NCBI GenBank assembly: GCA_963663165.1 | Contig: OY760175.1 | Location: 960,001 to 1,024,000, forward strand | From: an uncultured Desulfospira sp. | GTDB taxonomy: Bacteria; Desulfobacterota; Desulfobacteria; Desulfobacterales; Desulfobacteraceae | Direction of reading: 5' to 3' | DNA length: 64,000 bases | Part shown: positions 18,377-27,757 of the stretch, piece after piece | Layout of the letters: the number at the start of each line of letters is the position of its first letter | Position numbering within the stretch: position 1 is the first letter of the stretch | Translations under genes and position numbers: made by a program | The notes under the pieces: generated by a model | The model's input: the letters and a program-made list of their open reading frames with translations, nothing else | Database searches by the model: none | Told to the model about the DNA's origin: nothing

Positions 18377-18576
18377 CCATTCATATACAGCTGGCAGCGA
18401 CATCAACAGACGATAGACGCCAGAAGGGAATAAGTGGAAAATGCCGTCAAAAGGTTATTTTCCCGGATAATGGGAATCATACTTTGTGGATCAGATGATG
18501 GAATTTATGGCCACAGGGTAACGGCACCGGTACCGGTATGGGTAACGTTACGTAACGTTAAGTTACTTCTTATATT

Positions 18577-18711
18577 TTATGCCTTTTCCCCTGGATACAA
18601 ATCCGGGTGTTCTATCCATATGGCATGGTCCACCATCCCAAGGGAGGACAGAATGTTGACCAGGGTGAGGGCCAGTGCCGATCCTTTAGGGCCGGCACTG
18701 GCCGTGTCCCA
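18577..18711 (-). pseudogene. 3' fragment of a paralogue of the 26876-27178 gene
   Basis: encodes ...WDTASAGPKGSALALTLVNILSSLGMVDHAIWIEHPDLYPGEKA*; 5' part replaced by the hairpin element. Confidence 0.8.
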
Positions 18712-18756
18712 CTAACGGCCACGGGCCGTCTTGGTTATCCAACCAAGAACCGCCCA
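18712..18756 (-). repeat. dispersed hairpin element copy 2 (hairpin only)
   Basis: 43 bp identical to the reverse complement of 13581-13623. Confidence 0.85.
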
Positions 18757-19163
18757 TTGGATTTGGAAGAACATCCCCCTTGGTCCGACAGCGCCTGTGT
18801 TCCGAAAATTGGACGGTCAGGCATTCAGGGAAAAGACGGCGCCCCGGTGTCGGCAGTGATTTCCATTGGGATCTTGGCCGCCGGGATTATATATCGAGTT
18901 TACAGACGCAGCCCCCCATCTCCTGCCGGGTTCCAGCGGCGATCCTGCTAAAAAAAGGGGCTTTCGTCCTTGACAGAACAGGCGTCCTACTTTATGTAAT
19001 ATCTGAGATCAGACAACTCGCCATATTCGGATAAAAACAATTCATCGCTTTGTCGTCTTCACACCAGGCTGTCAGGCTGTTCGTCATTCTCACCATTGGC
19101 CAGCGGATACATTTGCCGCTGACGATATATTCGCCGTTATCATTATCATACAGGGAGGAAAAA

Positions 19164-21209
19164 ATGGCTTCATTCCGCTTCAAGAAGAGCAATGGGCAAA
19201 AACCGGAGAATAACGGAACGGTTGTAACCATCGAGAGCACTGTCGGCAAATTAACCCCAAACCTTTCAAAAATCCCCTTCACCCCGACATTTATCGTCGC
19301 CTTTGTATCACCTTACGTGGATATTGACAGCGTCGCCCGAAAGGTCTGTGAACAATTCCCCAAAACCGCCATGACGTTTTGCTCCACGGCCGGGGAGCTG
19401 TTCACCGATGGTTCTTGTCTTTACTGCAGCACCGGGAATAGCTGGGACCGGGTTGTGCTTCAATGCTACAGCCCCGAGGTCATTGCCAAAGCAGAGGTGG
19501 TGGCGCTCCCCCTTGGGTGTGAAGACATGCGAAAAGGACAAATTAAGACCGCGCTAAAAGACCGGATCGAATCTTTGAAAAAAGGGATCCAGGCCTTGAG
19601 GGTTTCCATGCCCATTGACCATAAGGATACATTTGCCTATATCCTGTTCGACGGGCTCAGTGCATCGGAATCTTTTTTCATGGAAGCCCTTTACGATTCA
19701 GGGCGGTTTCCCTGCATGTTTGTGGGGGGATCTGCCGGCGGCAAGCTTGATTTTCAGAACACCTTTCTTCATGACGGCCGGAAACGGTATGAAAATCATG
19801 TAATGATCGCTTTCATCAAAACAGCGCCGGGCATCCGGTTCGGCCTGATGAAAAGCCAGAACTTCTCTTTGGCCAACACCTCATTCTCCATTTTATCATC
19901 TTCGGTTGAACAGCGCTTTGTCAGCCAGGTTGTGGACCGGGAAGGGCAGATCCTGACCCTCATAGAGGCCCTTTGCAAAACCTTCAACTGTGCGCCCGAA
20001 GCGCTTGAAGGGAATCTTTCAGATTACTCTTTTGCCATCTCAGTGGGCAAAGAGCTGTATGTTCGCTCCATATCGGCCATAGACCTTGAAGGTGGCCATA
20101 TTCATTTTTATTGTGACATTTCACCCGGTGAAGAGCTGATGCTGATCAAACGCGAAGACATGGTCCGAAATACCGAGCGGGATTTCAAAAAATTTATGGA
20201 GGGCAAACCCTCTGCCCCCATTGCAGGAATTTTAAATGACTGTATTTTAAGACGGCTGCTCAACGATGCCAGTCTGACAAAAATGGGGCAGGTTTTAAAA
20301 GGGATGGATGTCGCGGGGTTCTCAACCTTTGGGGAGATCCTTGGATTGAATCTGAACCAGACCCTGACCGCTGTTTTTTTCTTTAAAGTAGAACCGGGCC
20401 AGCCCTTCAGCGACGCGTATGTGGATAATTTTCCCATTCATTACAGCGAATTCAAAGCATTCTTCCTTAAAAGACAAATTTCAAAACTACAGCGGCTGTC
20501 CCAGGTCGTGGTCCGCCATATCAACGACTTCAAGCAGCGCCAGTACGGCAGCAGGCTCGACCCGACAGGCATGGATCCGGTTATGGCCACGGTATTTCAA
20601 GGCATGAATGATTTGGGGCAGACACTGATCGATGTCAATGAACATCGTGAGGCCATGGCCGGCAGAATAGATGAGTGCACCAACGACCTTTACGGATCTG
20701 TTGACGAGCTGGTCGGCCACATCCAAAAACAGGATCAGACCGTGGATGAGCTCAAAGGAAAATTTGAAGAGCTTTCCCAACTGGCCGGCAAGACCATGAT
20801 CAGTACCCAGGAGCTTGGCGATGCCAGCCGCCGCATTGAAAATTTCATTGAGGTTATAGAAGATATTGCCGCCCAGACCAACCTGCTCTCCCTTAATGCT
20901 ACCATTGAAGCCGCCCGGGCCGGTGAGAGCGGCAAGGGATTTGCCGTTGTTGCCGATGAAGTCCGCAGCCTTGCCGCGCAATCCAAAGACAGTGCAACCG
21001 AAATCAGGGACAATATTGCTGCCCTTTCCGGTGAAATCGGAAATGTTGCCCATGAGATTGAACTTCAAAACCAAAGCGTGGCCCTGTTGACGGAAATGCT
21101 CAATACCATAAAGGAAACCAGCTCCCGGACCTCGGAAACGGCGGACAGTACCAGAGGGATAGCTGATACACTCAAGGGGATGACCGGGAAATCAGGGGTC
21201 ACTGTCTAA
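19164..21209 (+). CDS. soluble methyl-accepting chemotaxis protein with N-terminal FIST domain
   Basis: CSTAGE, DGLS, VGGSAG, DCILR, GFSTFGE (FIST); [37 protein letters not shown] (MCP); start at 19164 behind GGAGG. Confidence 0.9.
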   Translation: MASFRFKKSNGQKPENNGTVVTIESTVGKLTPNLSKIPFTPTFIVAFVSPYVDIDSVARKVCEQFPKTAMTFCSTAGELFTDGSCLYCSTGNSWDRVVLQCYSPEVIAKAEVVALPLGCEDMRKGQIKTALKDRIESLKKGIQALRVSMPIDHKDTFAYILFDGLSASESFFMEALYDSGRFPCMFVGGSAGGKLDFQNTFLHDGRKRYENHVMIAFIKTAPGIRFGLMKSQNFSLANTSFSILSSSVEQRFVSQVVDREGQILTLIEALCKTFNCAPEALEGNLSDYSFAISVGKELYVRSISAIDLEGGHIHFYCDISPGEELMLIKREDMVRNTERDFKKFMEGKPSAPIAGILNDCILRRLLNDASLTKMGQVLKGMDVAGFSTFGEILGLNLNQTLTAVFFFKVEPGQPFSDAYVDNFPIHYSEFKAFFLKRQISKLQRLSQVVVRHINDFKQRQYGSRLDPTGMDPVMATVFQGMNDLGQTLIDVNEHREAMAGRIDECTNDLYGSVDELVGHIQKQDQTVDELKGKFEELSQLAGKTMISTQELGDASRRIENFIEVIEDIAAQTNLLSLNATIEAARAGESGKGFAVVADEVRSLAAQSKDSATEIRDNIAALSGEIGNVAHEIELQNQSVALLTEMLNTIKETSSRTSETADSTRGIADTLKGMTGKSGVTV

Positions 21210-21246
21210 GATAAAAAGACAAGACCGCTCTTTAAGGGCGCTCACA

Positions 21247-21285
21247 GAAAAAGGCTTTCAGCCGTCCTTGCTGAAAGCCTTTTTC
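21247..21285. terminator. bidirectional intrinsic terminator
   Basis: GAAAAAGGCTTTCAGC...GCTGAAAGCCTTTTTC between convergent genes. Confidence 0.85.
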
Positions 21286-21336
21286 ACTTAAAATCCAGGG
21301 CATGATGCGGCAGCACAATGGCCCGAAAATTTAAAT

Positions 21337-21963
21337 TTAAGCAGTGGCAATGGGCTTTCCTCTTCTCCAGCCGGCAAGACCGATCAGCCCTGCACCCAAT
21401 ACCAGACAAGATCCCGGCACAGGAACAGGAGACGTCTGTGTAAATACGGCATAGACACGGCTTGCAGCGCCGGCTGTTGAATTATCTACCCCATAAGTTT
21501 TAGATTTTACGATAAAGTCACCGGCGTTATATGTTCCGGTGCTTGTTTCCGTATAGACTAAAAAATAATTAAGCAGTGATATATCGGCTACCGTATTGTC
21601 ATCCGTATTGATGCCATAGGCAACCACCAGACTGATTTTTTCATCACTTGAAACCCCATATACGGAGGTAAACATATTGCCATACATATTATAAATATAG
21701 CTTAATTTCTCTAATGCAGCTTCTGCATCATCCTGGCTGGTAAAGGCAAAGTCATACTCGCCGTTCCCGTCGGAATCATATACATCCCCGGCACTGCCCT
21801 CCACAAAGGACACATCATAAGTTGCCCCATTGACCACCAGACCGGTTACTTTCGAAAGTTCACCGCTGGAGTCGGAATACAGGCAGATCGCCGCACTGGC
21901 GACCCCGGGAATAAAGACCATAAGGCAAAATACGGCCACTACAAATTTTGATGCTGTTTTCAT
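21337..21963 (-). CDS. PEP-CTERM/VPLPA-CTERM sorting-domain surface protein
   Basis: signal peptide; C-terminal PVPVPGS-hydrophobic helix-WRR. Confidence 0.85.
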   Translation of the reverse strand: MKTASKFVVAVFCLMVFIPGVASAAICLYSDSSGELSKVTGLVVNGATYDVSFVEGSAGDVYDSDGNGEYDFAFTSQDDAEAALEKLSYIYNMYGNMFTSVYGVSSDEKISLVVAYGINTDDNTVADISLLNYFLVYTETSTGTYNAGDFIVKSKTYGVDNSTAGAASRVYAVFTQTSPVPVPGSCLVLGAGLIGLAGWRRGKPIATA

Positions 21964-22063
21964 CTAACTTACTCCCTAATACATAAAATATCCATACGCT
22001 TGAGAGGTCAGCCCTGATCATACTGTATTCATCAGGGGTGCGCCTCGCTCCGGGCCAAATTCA

Positions 22064-22080
22064 TGCATATACCATGCCGG
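22064..22080 (-). promoter_or_regulatory. sigma54 promoter of the PEP-CTERM gene
   Basis: minus strand CCGGCATGGTATATGCA = GG-N10-GC. Confidence 0.6.
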
Positions 22081-22775
22081 AATATTATCCGGAGCAAAAC
22101 AAAGGCATAATAAAGACGCATCTATCTGAAAATAAAGAGATTTCAAAAAGAACTATTTTTTTATAAATCAAATTTGGAAAACGAATTCGCCTCTGTCAGC
22201 CGGAAAATTCTACATTTTTAGGAAAAAAATACCACATAAATCGGATAAATAAAAACGGATCGGGGACAAGGATCGCCCTTGTTTACCAATTCTGGGGGCA
22301 CCTTATTTAATTGCGAAGAATTATGGTTGTTGTCTTGATCCAAAAGATGCGCATCAATTGGGAGTTAAAAACAATATCAATAACCGTGCCAGCCATTGCA
22401 GCCATTGATATACAGCTGGCAGCGACATCAACAGACGATAGACTTCAGAAGGGAATAAGTGGAAAATGCCGTCAAAAGGTTATTTTCCCGGATGCTCACA
22501 TTCAAATAATGTAACGGATTTTTTTTCGTTCATTATTTCAAAAAAGAAATGGTTTTTCATATAAATTTAGTAGGTTAGGTTGGCAGTCAAAAATATTGAA
22601 AGTTGCAAATTAATGTAACGGTTCAAAAAAGATTCAAAAACAATCTGTGGTTCCCTGATTTTCACAGGTATATCCAGGCGAAAAATTGCGTTAATCAATT
22701 AAGGTCAAAATATAAACAGGCCATCTTCCGGTTAAATCAGAAGTGGCCTGTTTTTACGGATCTACTTTTCAGGGA

Positions 22776-23438
22776 TTACTGGGGAGGAAGGTCAGATATA
22801 AACTCCAGGGCAAGATTAATGTCAACAAATTGGTGGTTCAATTCCTTTGCCTTGTCCCGGCAGTCAGTACAGATTTCTTTAAATTTACGCATGTCGCCTT
22901 TGACCGCCATATAAATTTGCTCAACGGCTTCCTGCTGGATATCTTTATATTGTTCGATAAAGCCCTCAACCTCTATGGGATATAAAATCAGGGTTTTCAA
23001 CCGGCTGAGGATATCAGGGTGATTGCGAATCAAATAGGTCCTGACCTTTGGAAGCCCTGCAAAAACAATAGGAACACCGGCATCAATGATCCGCTTAAGA
23101 TATGGCCAGACCCTGGTATCCAGATCATTGGCCTCATCAATAATAATAAAGCAGTTGGACAGGTTGCAGATCATTTTCAGGTACTGGGGAGTTCTGCGAT
23201 ATGTGGCTGTGGTGTCATAGTTCAATTCTTTGAGTATGGATGCCAGGGTTTCGTGTATGTTGAACAGGGACTCTACCCATACGGCATGAAGTTTTTTGGG
23301 ACGAAGCAGTTTTAAAAACCTGGTTTTTCCCGCTCCAAAATCTCCCTCAATGAGTACGCTCCGGCCCCGGTAGATCCGGCTATAAGTGGCGCTCAGGTAT
23401 GATACCCTTCGTTTGTCACTGATAAAATCTGCCTTCAT
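22776..23438 (-). CDS. transposition AAA+ ATPase (MuB/TniB/TnsC-like)
   Basis: Walker A GDFGAGKT, Walker B IIIDEA, ILSRL Arg finger; ATGA overlap with the transposase. Confidence 0.85.
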   Translation of the reverse strand: MKADFISDKRRVSYLSATYSRIYRGRSVLIEGDFGAGKTRFLKLLRPKKLHAVWVESLFNIHETLASILKELNYDTTATYRRTPQYLKMICNLSNCFIIIDEANDLDTRVWPYLKRIIDAGVPIVFAGLPKVRTYLIRNHPDILSRLKTLILYPIEVEGFIEQYKDIQQEAVEQIYMAVKGDMRKFKEICTDCRDKAKELNHQFVDINLALEFISDLPPQ

Positions 23439-25102
23439 GTTAAATCTCCGCAGGATGCATACGTGGCCACATGGTTTGTATTGATCAATTTCCGGCAGTC
23501 AAGCATAAAGGCATTGAATACCGCCTGCTTTTTCTGTGTTTCAGGTTGCCGCATCTTTTTCATATAATTCTTGTACCTGGATTGATTATGATGAAGCACT
23601 TGTTGAGCCCGGGCCAGAGTGAGGCCGCTATGATAAGCTTCAATTAAGACTCGCCGGTCGACGGCCATGTTGTGCTTTTCCAGAAAAATGATCATCATGT
23701 CGAGTTCATCCGGGGCCACTGGTACAGATTTTGGGTCAGGTGGTTTGTCAAACGGCTTTGTGGCAAGGGCTTCGCCCAATAGTATGCCGTCTTCCCCCCG
23801 TTCAAAAATAAACAGCTTGCCCTTATATACTGATATTTGCACCGGTGTACTTTTATGCCTGCTGAACCGGTCTGTACCACTGGTTACACAATAGATCCGG
23901 TTGTCATGGCGAATGGTTCTTTTGTTAGATACAGTGGCTTTTATTTTCCTGTAGCCATACTTCATATATTCCTGCACCTCATCCGGTGAAAAGGTAAGGA
24001 TATCGGCTTGCCTTGATAAAAATTCTTCCAGCTTTTGTGCCGGAACCCATGCACTGATCTTTCCATTTTCGCTAAAATAATGTTTGGTGTGGTTATGTTC
24101 GTGGCGGTATTCTTTTATCAGGGGGCTGTGTCTTAAATCCCGGAGTGTAATATCAAGGAGTGTCACAGTGATTTTTTCTTTTTTCTTATTATTGAAGATA
24201 ACCCCTGGAACGGTCTTTACAATCCTGTCTTCAAACGCCTTGATGATTCGGATTTCAAAATTATGAAGACTGCGATGGGAGGACTCAAGATGGGCCTTGT
24301 CCCTGGGGGCACTTACCCTTGAAAAATCCGGCGCCAGATAAAATCCTCCGGGAACGGAATGTTTTATATTCAAGGCGTTGATGACTCTTTTGAGATTTAC
24401 AAATCCTGTGGCGTTATCCGGCCTGAACCGGACTTTCTTCTGGGGAAATGGGGTGGAAAGCAAAAACCGGTTAAACAAATCCACTGAGCTTAAGCTGCTT
24501 TCATCGAAATAGGCATCAAGTTCAAACATGTACCGGGAACCGGTATCAAACGTTTCAATGACTTGGGGTTTTTGCCAGTGGCCAGCCTCATTTTTGATTT
24601 TTAAATATCGAAAGTTGCAACCGTCTACCTGTATCAGGCCAAACACCGGAACAGGCTTGAATGCGTTTTTCACCGGGGCATTTTCTTCAAAATCTTCTTT
24701 TTCCAGGTAAAATTTAAGGCCTTCCCTTTGGGCACATCGCCTGAGTGCCGGAAGGCTGATGGTTTTTCCCAATTCTCTTTCAAGCCAATAGTGGTAATTT
24801 TTAATGGTTCTGGCTTTTCGGGTAATAAAAATAAACCCCTGGGATGACGGGTCACAGGAGGCCTTGACCATTTCGATAAACCGCCTTTTGGTTTGTTCAT
24901 CTATGGACCGGGGCCGGCCGCTGCATTTGCGGCCGTCCATAATCCCTTTTTCAACCAGTAGAAGGGGCGTCGGGATAATGCCGGTTTTCCTGTACTGGTC
25001 TTTGTAATATTTTTTGGACCTTCTTTTGGCTGATCCGGTTTTATTCATGATTTTTTTATGGAGCAGCAAATAAAAACGGTCATCAAGGCTCAGGTTCTTC
25101 AT
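23435..25102 (-). CDS. DDE transposase (integrase-core, MuA/TnsB/IstA-like)
   Basis: GRPR HTH linker; candidate catalytic triad IQVDG / RPDNA / KAHLES; start MKNLSLDD at 25102. Confidence 0.85.
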   Translation of the reverse strand: MKNLSLDDRFYLLLHKKIMNKTGSAKRRSKKYYKDQYRKTGIIPTPLLLVEKGIMDGRKCSGRPRSIDEQTKRRFIEMVKASCDPSSQGFIFITRKARTIKNYHYWLERELGKTISLPALRRCAQREGLKFYLEKEDFEENAPVKNAFKPVPVFGLIQVDGCNFRYLKIKNEAGHWQKPQVIETFDTGSRYMFELDAYFDESSLSSVDLFNRFLLSTPFPQKKVRFRPDNATGFVNLKRVINALNIKHSVPGGFYLAPDFSRVSAPRDKAHLESSHRSLHNFEIRIIKAFEDRIVKTVPGVIFNNKKKEKITVTLLDITLRDLRHSPLIKEYRHEHNHTKHYFSENGKISAWVPAQKLEEFLSRQADILTFSPDEVQEYMKYGYRKIKATVSNKRTIRHDNRIYCVTSGTDRFSRHKSTPVQISVYKGKLFIFERGEDGILLGEALATKPFDKPPDPKSVPVAPDELDMMIIFLEKHNMAVDRRVLIEAYHSGLTLARAQQVLHHNQSRYKNYMKKMRQPETQKKQAVFNAFMLDCRKLINTNHVATYASCGDLT

Positions 25103-25653
25103 TGTCTTGCCCCTTTTGATAAAATTTTTTCGCGGATCACCCTGTGCCACAACAATGCAGCCTGCCGGGACGTTTGCTGCCAATGATCATGCTGGGCCAC
25201 CCGCACCTGTTCAATCATTGCATGTACGGCTGCCATGTATTCAGCCGAAATCCGTTCCGCCAAATCCGGTTTGTTCTCCGGGGGTATTTTTTGGGCCTCT
25301 ACAAATTTTTTGATGTTCCGTGCGGTTAACTCAATACCGTTGTCTATGATTGCCTTCCAGGTGTTGCGCTGGTCCAGGGGGTCCAATTGAGCAAGAGGCC
25401 GGACCTGGGATTCATTGGCAGGTGTTTTGTCCCCAATTGGGGACAAATTATAGATCACTTCATAAGATTTGATCAGGCGGTATGCATGGGACTTGCCCAT
25501 ATCCCACCGTTCCCTGGTATATGCTTCAAATGTCTCAAACAGGGCCAGTTTGTACAGGCGGCTGTCACGGATTTCTTTTAACGCCTGACCGATCTTATAG
25601 AAACTCTCCTGATTACGGGCAATAAGGGTCTCCAGTTGAAGCAGCCGTTTCAT
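25099..25653 (-). CDS. helical putative DNA-binding protein of the transposon
   Basis: IGQALKEIRDSRLYK...TFEAY..ERW...KSHAYRLI...PANESQVRPL pattern. Confidence 0.65.
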   Translation of the reverse strand: MKRLLQLETLIARNQESFYKIGQALKEIRDSRLYKLALFETFEAYTRERWDMGKSHAYRLIKSYEVIYNLSPIGDKTPANESQVRPLAQLDPLDQRNTWKAIIDNGIELTARNIKKFVEAQKIPPENKPDLAERISAEYMAAVHAMIEQVRVAQHDHWQQTSRQAALLWHRVIREKILSKGARQ

Positions 25654-25655
25654 CT

Positions 25656-26060
25656 TTACTTCCCAGGCCAGGGTTGACCGATACCGGTGGCAAGAGACGT
25701 CAACACATTTGCCGGGACATAGGAGACCGCATCCAGTTCTTTCAAAAAAAATACACTGTCCCTGAATCCATATCCCTTGACTTCCATGACCAGATCAATG
25801 GTGTTGAAATTCTTCTCACACCGAAAACACCTGGCCAGATTGGTGGCTGGATTTACAGCGGTTTGAAACTCATTGCACAAAGGACATAAAAACCGGAAAA
25901 CACCATCCCTGATTTTGGATGGAATCTGTAAATGGTCACGGATCAGCATATCCACAGGGATATCGTTTCTCAGTTTAAATAGCTCCCGGGATGAAAATCT
26001 GTTTTTCATTTTGTTGCAATGGCCTGTCAATATTTCTTTTTTCATTGTCTTATCCTCCAT
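25656..26060 (-). CDS. stand-alone CHC2-type (DnaG primase N-terminal) zinc-finger protein
   Basis: FLCPLC...ARCFRC....NTIDLVM.V.G..FRDSV..L; no TOPRIM domain. Confidence 0.8.
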   Translation of the reverse strand: MEDKTMKKEILTGHCNKMKNRFSSRELFKLRNDIPVDMLIRDHLQIPSKIRDGVFRFLCPLCNEFQTAVNPATNLARCFRCEKNFNTIDLVMEVKGYGFRDSVFFLKELDAVSYVPANVLTSLATGIGQPWPGK

Positions 26061-26069
26061 TAAGATGTT

Positions 26070-26459
26070 TCATTGATTGGCCCTTACAGGTCGTTTTGCA
26101 TATCCGCGCCAGGGAAAATGCTCTACAACCCAACCAATTTTCCCACAAAAATGGCAACAGGGGCCGGAACATAATGGCTTGGGAGAGACACTATCATGGG
26201 TTACACCGGGTATAGTAGATGTATCATCCATGGTTTTTTCAGCTTGACGTAATCTTTTGTTTTTTTCTTGACGACGGTGGGCCTCTTTACCTTTTGGCGT
26301 TTGTCGATATTTTTTTTGAGCTTTGCAGTGCGCTTCTTTGCGGGCCTCCTGGCGGCATTCTTGACAGCAATATGCCTGCCCCCGCCAGCAACTGCGGCAC
26401 ACATAGAAAATTTGGAAACATCGCTTACACTCGATACGTTTTAATAAAACGATTTCCAT
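26070..26459 (-). CDS. Cys-rich basic zinc-finger protein of the transposon
   Basis: CKRC...CRSCWRGQAYCCQEC, basic helix, C-terminal CCHFCG. Confidence 0.7.
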   Translation of the reverse strand: MEIVLLKRIECKRCFQIFYVCRSCWRGQAYCCQECRQEARKEAHCKAQKKYRQTPKGKEAHRRQEKNKRLRQAEKTMDDTSTIPGVTHDSVSPKPLCSGPCCHFCGKIGWVVEHFPWRGYAKRPVRANQ

Positions 26460-26544
26460 GCTTCCGCTCTTGCTAAATTACGGAAGCCGTGGTTAGATAA
26501 AAACGGTGGTGTGGCTTCCGTAACCTACTCGGATGTCTACATTG

Positions 26545-26576
26545 AAGGCTCGAAGTTGCAGCTTCGAGCCTTTTTT
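26545..26576 (+). terminator. intrinsic terminator on the strand opposite the transposon operon
   Basis: AAGGCTCGAAG-TTGCAG-CTTCGAGCCTTTTTT. Confidence 0.7.
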
Positions 26577-26875
26577 ATCAAGGAAGTATTGACTTCTTCC
26601 AAATAGATTGGCAAAGCTTTTTTCGAAAAAATTCGCGGCGGGATAACTGCGGGGTAAGCGAGGTAAGGTTTATATATTTTATTGGCGGGGTAAAGCGGCG
26701 GGATATCTTCCCGTTATATTATTTTGTAGCTGATTTGGCGTATCCGCGTTACATTTTTTGAATCTTAGCACCCGGACAATGGGAATTATACTTTGTGGAT
26801 CAGGTGATGGAATTTATGGTCACAGGGTAAAGGCACCGGTACCGGCATGGGTAACGTTAAGTTACTTCTTATATT

Positions 26876-27178
26876 TTATGCCTTTTCCCCTGGATACAAA
26901 TCCGGGCGTTCTATCCATATGGCATGATCTACTATTCCAAGGGAGGACAGGGTGTTCACCAGGGTGAGGGCCAGTGCCGAGCCTTTGGGGTCGGCACTGG
27001 CCGTATCCCAGTAAAGCAGGATGGAAAAATCACCGCTGATACTGGCATGGTGAAAGAGGTGCCAGTCATACAGCCTGGTGTTTTTCCGTATTTCGACGTT
27101 TAAACTTGCCATTATTTTTAACACTTCAGGCACAGTGGCGGCACCGGCCCGCAAGCGGATATGTTCAAGCCAGATCAT
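26876..27178 (-). CDS. hypothetical protein
   Basis: start MIWLEHIRLR just after the GyrI-like stop; conserved in the truncated paralogue. Confidence 0.65.
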   Translation of the reverse strand: MIWLEHIRLRAGAATVPEVLKIMASLNVEIRKNTRLYDWHLFHHASISGDFSILLYWDTASADPKGSALALTLVNTLSSLGIVDHAIWIERPDLYPGEKA

Positions 27179-27189
27179 GGGGAGTTTTC

Positions 27190-27757
27190 TCACTGTATGG
27201 GAACGTACAACACCACCACCGGGTCCCCGAGGTAATTGCCGTCTTTGCACCCGTGTTTCTGGTAGTTGCTGTGGAACCGGTCATCGTATAAGTTGAATAT
27301 GGGGCTTTTTTTCTGCCGGTACCCATTCAGTTCGATCCAGAATTTCATGGTATACACGGCCACCAGGCTGGCTGCGGTATGGTTACGTTTCATAAACTCG
27401 ACCCGGACATATCGGCCCTCCTGAAGGGTGACCTTTGAAAATTCTTCACCGGTTGCGCCGGTTTTGTTCTCAACGGCAATGTAATAGTCAAAATCCTTCC
27501 CGTTTTCATGAAGATCAAAAATACAATACATCACCGGGTCGTTTTCTTTTTTTAAAGGGCCTAATTGGTCGTTATCGTAAACCTCATGGTAAAAAGGGGG
27601 AATTTCCCTTTTTTTTCCGGTTGTCTGTAAAGGATGTGGTAATGCTGTATCCGATACATTTTGTTTCTTTAAACTCAACCACCTCGGGCCTGGCGAGCAT
27701 GTTTTTGCCGATCAGAGCCCTGAAAAACGGTTGGCCTATCGCTTTGATCAATTTCAT
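27190..27757 (-). pseudogene. GyrI-like effector-binding protein, frameshifted in an A8 run
   Basis: AGGAGGGG RBS and ATG at 27757 read MKLIKAIGQ...PEVVEFKETKCIGYSITTSFTDNRKK then stop; removing one A at 27609-27616 joins to REIPPFY...FDYYIAVE. Confidence 0.75.

Larger units (their letters stand above)
18303..18715. repeat. ~410-bp imperfect direct repeat; second copy = 22322-22492 joined to 26771-27014
   Basis: alignable by eye from TATGGTTGTTGTCTTGATCC to GCCGT(G/A)TCCCA. Confidence 0.9.
22493..26770 (-). mobile_element. 4278-bp five-gene DDE transposon (Mu/IS21-like ends)
   Basis: terminal IRs TGCTCACATTCAAATAATGTAACG / TGCTAAGATTCAAAAAATGTAACG (21/24); 6-bp duplication CCCGGA at 22487-22492 and 26771-26776; empty site preserved in the paralogous copy near 18462. 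Confidence 0.92.

Noticed and set aside
18304..18498. duplicated small ORFs MVVVLIQKM (also 22311-22514)
   Set aside because: They are the antisense of a duplicated promoter region; similarity reflects the DNA repeat, not coding constraint
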